Of a stretch of 50,433 nt of DNA, positions 46,754-50,433 are shown piece by piece. Both the position numbers and the translations under genes were made by a program. This stretch comes from a virus (lineage: Duplodnaviria; Caudoviricetes): positions 1 to 50,433 of IMG/VR virus record IMGVR_UViG_3300017721_000911; one strand, written 5' to 3'. Positions within the stretch are counted from its first letter, which is position 1, and each line of letters starts with the position of its first letter. The notes under the pieces are model-generated. The model worked only from the letters and a program-made list of their open reading frames with translations. It was not told the DNA's origin and did not search any database.

Positions 46754-46772
46754 GAATAAAAAGGTGTAAAAT
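46745..46772 (+). promoter_or_regulatory. sigma70-type promoter for gp55
   Basis: TTGACA (46745-46750), 16-nt spacer, TAAAAT (46767-46772). Confidence 0.65.
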
Positions 46773-46778
46773 TTTATT

Positions 46779-47315
46779 ATGGCGAAAAACAGCGATCACT
46801 ACATTGACAATAAATTATTCTACTCAGAAATGATTAAGTGGAAAGATGAGGTTAAGAGTGCGGAAGAGACTGATGACCCCAAACCACCAGTGACCGAATA
46901 TATCGGTCAATGCTTTCTTTTGATTGCAGAACGTTTGTCCACTCGCCCAAACTTTGTAAATTATCCGTTCCGAGAAGAAATGGTTGGAGATGCGATTGAG
47001 AACTGTCTGATGTATGCGGGCAACTTTGATCCAGATAAATCCAAGAACCCATTTGCATATTTCACCCAGATAACGTATTATGCCTTTCTCAGAAGAATTC
47101 AACGCGAGAAAAAACAAGATCATATCAAATATAAACTAATGGAAGCAGCAGACGCAAAGGGTGAACTGGCTGCGATTCTTGATCCAGATGGAGCAAAAAA
47201 GAATCCATACGCCGCTCACCTTAGACTGACTGATAATGACATCGTAAATATGGAACCGAAGAAGAAGCGAAAGAAAAGAGCCAAAGGTTCCACAGGTGAC
47301 GGAGAGTTATTTTGA
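46779..47315 (+). CDS. gp55: late sigma factor gp55
   Basis: HY.DN, YIG.C...IA..LS..PNF.NY..REEM..D.IENC, NFDP.KS.NPFAYFTQI...AFLRRI..EKKQ. Confidence 0.97.
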   Translation: MAKNSDHYIDNKLFYSEMIKWKDEVKSAEETDDPKPPVTEYIGQCFLLIAERLSTRPNFVNYPFREEMVGDAIENCLMYAGNFDPDKSKNPFAYFTQITYYAFLRRIQREKKQDHIKYKLMEAADAKGELAAILDPDGAKKNPYAAHLRLTDNDIVNMEPKKKRKKRAKGSTGDGELF

Positions 47316-48370
47316 AGATTGCAATTATCACCGACACGCACTTTGGTGCAAAAGGTGATTCCCAGATTTTCTTAGAACACACACTCAAGTTTTTTGAGGA
47401 TGTGTTTTTTCCTACGCTCAAAGAGCAGGGAATCACAAACGTTTTACACTTGGGTGATTTGATGGATCGTCGGAAGTATGTGAACTTTCACACGCTTCAT
47501 CAAATGCGGACTCGGTTTATGGATCGCCTGCTTGCTGAAAAAGTCAACGTTCACTGTATCGTCGGCAACCACGACACCTACTTTAAAAACACAAACGAGG
47601 TAAACTCTCCCAAAGAGTTGTTCGGTGATAAGTATCCAAACTTTCATATCTACACTGATCCTGTAATCTTAGGTCTGGGTGATAAAAACTTTGCAATGGT
47701 TCCGTGGATCAACAAAGAAAATCAAGATGATATTTTAGAGTGGATTCATAATGTAGACGCTCCGATTCTTTGTGGTCACTTTGAACTTGACGGTTATCAG
47801 GTGATGAGAAACGTGAAGCACAGCGGTGGTCAAGATCCTAAATTCTGTGATCGCTTTGATAAAGTCTGGTCTGGACACTTTCACCAGAAGCACGAAGAAA
47901 ACAATGTATGTTACTTTGGCACTGCCTATCAGATGACCTTTTCCGATCTCTTTGAGAAAAAAGGTTTTCACATTTATGATACAGACACCGATGAGATTGA
48001 GTTTGTAGAAAATCCTCATCGTATTTTCTTTGCGATTCCGTATCGTGACAATATTGACATTGACGCAATTGACTACAAGCAATATAAAAAGTCATACGTT
48101 AAAGTCTTTGTCCACGAAAAGAAAGACCCTGCAAAGTTTGATCGGATGCTTGAGAGGATCTACGACCAAGCACCAGAGAGCGTGACGTTTCTTGAAAACG
48201 AAGCCAGCGATCCCGTTGATGATGCAACCATCGACGAAGAGGCTTTGTCCACTGATACCTTGACACTTATCAATCAGCACGTTGATGAGGCATTTAGAGA
48301 TGACCCCGATGAATGCAAGCGATTGAAAGAAGTGTTCAAGGATTTGTTCCTTGAAAGTTTTGATTTATGA
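47312..48370 (+). CDS. gp47: recombination nuclease gp47 (Mre11/SbcD-like)
   Basis: DTHFG, HLGD..DRRK, GNHD, GHFE, SGHFH; TTG start overlapping the gp55 stop, after GGAG. Confidence 0.96.
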   Translation: MKIAIITDTHFGAKGDSQIFLEHTLKFFEDVFFPTLKEQGITNVLHLGDLMDRRKYVNFHTLHQMRTRFMDRLLAEKVNVHCIVGNHDTYFKNTNEVNSPKELFGDKYPNFHIYTDPVILGLGDKNFAMVPWINKENQDDILEWIHNVDAPILCGHFELDGYQVMRNVKHSGGQDPKFCDRFDKVWSGHFHQKHEENNVCYFGTAYQMTFSDLFEKKGFHIYDTDTDEIEFVENPHRIFFAIPYRDNIDIDAIDYKQYKKSYVKVFVHEKKDPAKFDRMLERIYDQAPESVTFLENEASDPVDDATIDEEALSTDTLTLINQHVDEAFRDDPDECKRLKEVFKDLFLESFDL

Positions 48371-50085
48371 TTGAATTCAAAAAGATTAGATGTAAAAATT
48401 TTGGCTCCTTCGGCAATCACTTCACTGAGATTGATCTGAATCGTCACCGCACCACACTGGTGAGTGGACTTAACGGACACGGCAAGTCTTTTGCCCTGCT
48501 GGACTCCATCACGTTTGCATTGTTTGGCAAGCCGTTTCGTAAGATCAACATTCCACAACTGGTGAACTCGGTCAATGAAAAGGACTGTGTGGTTGAGGTT
48601 GAATTTAACATCGGCGAGGACGAGTATATGATTCACCGTGGACTCAAGCCGAAGAAGTTTGAGGTTCACAAGAACGGCGAGTTGCTGGATGTCATCGCAC
48701 GATCAAAAGATTATCAAAAGATGCTGGAGGATCAGGTTCTCAAAATGAACTACAAGTCTTTCACGCAGGTGGTAATTCTGGGTGCGTCGGCATTTGTTCC
48801 GTTTATGCAACTATCAGCCGCAGATCGTCGGACGGTGATTGAGGATATTCTTGATATTCAAGTGTTCTCAAATATGAACTCTGTGTTGAGAGACAAGACC
48901 TCGGCTACCAAAACAGAAATCAATGAAATCACAAGACAACTTTCTATTAACAAAGAACGTGGAACTGGTCTGGTAAATCTGGTCAAGTCTCTGGAGAAGA
49001 AGAGCGACGAACAACTCGTGACGCTCAACGAGGAACTCCGTGTCGCAAATCAAACCAGAGGCTCCGCAGAAAACGTGATCACGACGTTAGATGAAAAAAT
49101 TTCAGGACTTCTTTTAAAAATCTCCGATGAGAAGACTGTAGATCAGCGTATTCAAAAGTATTCACAAGCAAGAATGCGTATGAATCGTGAGATTAAAGAA
49201 AATAAAAAGAATAGTAAATTCTACACGGATCACAAAAACTGCCCCACCTGCCATCAAGAAATCACAGAAGAAAGTCGAGCGGAAGCCACGACCAAGGCGG
49301 TCAACACGATTGACACCCTGAACGCTGCGTTGGCTGAACTGGAGGATATGGAGCAGAAGCAGATTGAGCGAAGTAATGAAATCTCAGATGTTCAAAAACA
49401 AATTGAAGATTTAAAATCTGACAGAATCGCTCACATTACTACAGAAAGAAACGCCCGGACTGCCATCAAGTCAATTGAAGATAAAAAAGAAAAACTACAA
49501 GAATCCGAAGAAGATGATATCCAAGATGTCAGATCAAAACTTGAAAGAGTGATGGAGGATCGTGAAAAGTTGATCAAAAGAAAAGAAGAACTTTTGGTCA
49601 AGCAAAACACATTCACACACGCAGGACATATGCTCAAGGACTCTGGCATCAAAGCCAAGGTCATTCGCTACTACCTTCCGATTATCAATGCACTGGTAAA
49701 CAAGCATCTCAAAGAGATGGACTTCTACGTTTCGTTTGATCTGGATGAAAACTTCAACGAAACAATCAAGAGTCGGCATCGTGATAACTTCTCGTATATG
49801 TCGTTCTCTGAGGGTGAGAAGATGCGTATTGACCTTGCGATTCTTCTGGCTTGGCGTGAGGTATCCAGACTCAAGAACTCTGCAAATACAAACCTGCTGA
49901 TTCTTGACGAGGTATTTGACGCATCGCTGGATACTATCGGTTCTGATGACTTCTTGAAACTTTTGGATAAACTCTCAACACAAAGCCATATTTTTGTGAT
50001 CTCACATAAGGCAGACCAACTCGTAGACAAATTCCAGAATCAAGTATCATTCCAGAAGCAAGGTAACTTCTCTCGACTTGTGTAA
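48367..50085 (+). CDS. gp46: recombination ATPase gp46 (Rad50/SbcC-like)
   Basis: Walker A G.NGHGKS, CPTC zinc hook, FSEGE signature, LILDEVFD, ISH. Confidence 0.97.
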   Translation: MIEFKKIRCKNFGSFGNHFTEIDLNRHRTTLVSGLNGHGKSFALLDSITFALFGKPFRKINIPQLVNSVNEKDCVVEVEFNIGEDEYMIHRGLKPKKFEVHKNGELLDVIARSKDYQKMLEDQVLKMNYKSFTQVVILGASAFVPFMQLSAADRRTVIEDILDIQVFSNMNSVLRDKTSATKTEINEITRQLSINKERGTGLVNLVKSLEKKSDEQLVTLNEELRVANQTRGSAENVITTLDEKISGLLLKISDEKTVDQRIQKYSQARMRMNREIKENKKNSKFYTDHKNCPTCHQEITEESRAEATTKAVNTIDTLNAALAELEDMEQKQIERSNEISDVQKQIEDLKSDRIAHITTERNARTAIKSIEDKKEKLQESEEDDIQDVRSKLERVMEDREKLIKRKEELLVKQNTFTHAGHMLKDSGIKAKVIRYYLPIINALVNKHLKEMDFYVSFDLDENFNETIKSRHRDNFSYMSFSEGEKMRIDLAILLAWREVSRLKNSANTNLLILDEVFDASLDTIGSDDFLKLLDKLSTQSHIFVISHKADQLVDKFQNQVSFQKQGNFSRLV

Positions 50086-50086
50086 C

Positions 50087-50093
50087 CTACATA
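50087..50093 (+). promoter_or_regulatory. late-promoter-like box for the nuclease gene
   Basis: CTACATA 5 nt before the ATG at 50099. Confidence 0.55.
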
Positions 50094-50098
50094 AGTGA

Positions 50099-50433
50099 AT
50101 GAAACCACCAAGCAGAAAATCGTGCTATAATTTTAGAGTTACCGAGATTGTAAAAGTCGTTGATGGGGACACCATTGATGTAATTATTGATCTTGGGTTT
50201 GATCTTTACAAAAAAGAACGTGTTCGTGTCGCTGGCGTGGATACACCCGAAAAGAGAACACGCGATCTTGAAGAAAAAAAACTGGGTATTGATGCCACCA
50301 ATTGGATGAAAGATCAATTAGAATCAGCCATTCAGGGTGAGGATGATCTCGTAATCCGAACAGAAATTGATGGTGGTTTTGGTAAGTATGGTCGGCTTCT
50401 TGGTTGGCTATACATCGGTGAAGAAACAGAATC
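50099..50433 (+). CDS. staphylococcal nuclease (SNase/thermonuclease)-family protein, 3' truncated (not in ORF track)
   Basis: Manual translation MKPPSRKSCYNFRVTEIVKVVDGDTIDVIIDLGFDLYKKERVRVAGVDTPEKRTRD...GKYGRLLG contains the DGDT, R..G.DTPE and KYGR.L motifs. Confidence 0.9.
   Translation, partial: MKPPSRKSCYNFRVTEIVKVVDGDTIDVIIDLGFDLYKKERVRVAGVDTPEKRTRDLEEKKLGIDATNWMKDQLESAIQGEDDLVIRTEIDGGFGKYGRLLGWLYIGEETE

Noticed and set aside
32952-50085. Introns or inteins in gp17, gp20, gp23, UvsW or gp46
   Set aside because: Lengths are ordinary and motifs are contiguous; no splice motifs or homing endonuclease ORFs seen.
1-50433. No called gene ends in TAG, raising possible amber recoding
   Set aside because: Core genes are full length in the standard code with no in-frame TAG, and TAG is generally rare in AT-rich T4-like phages.

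Overview
This AT-rich window is a contiguous core segment of a T4-like myovirus genome, with a gene order resembling marine cyanophage/pelagiphage T4 relatives. In order it holds gp33 and gp32; an inverted block (gp4, gp2, tube-like gene, gp26, gp51, gp29-like tape measure); the baseplate genes (gp48, gp53, hub, gp5, PAAR, gp25, gp6, gp7, gp8); a 1875-aa DUF4815/VrlC-like protein; a collagen-repeat fibre; neck, terminase, sheath, tube, portal and prohead/capsid genes (gp13-gp23); then gp3, uvsY, uvsW, gp55, gp47, gp46 and a truncated SNase-family nuclease. I saw no tRNA, CRISPR array, intron, intein or mobile element. The most interesting signals are four: (1) a complete -1 ribosomal frameshift cassette that would fuse gp26 to gp51 just upstream of the tape measure gene, like lambda G/GT; (2) late promoters of a mixed TAAATA/TACATA type, several placed to give leaderless mRNAs; (3) apparent avoidance of AGCT, CATG, GGCC and CCWGG through synonymous codon choice; (4) a G-x-T motif scattered through virion proteins. 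Gene calls come from recognised motifs and synteny only; no searches were run.
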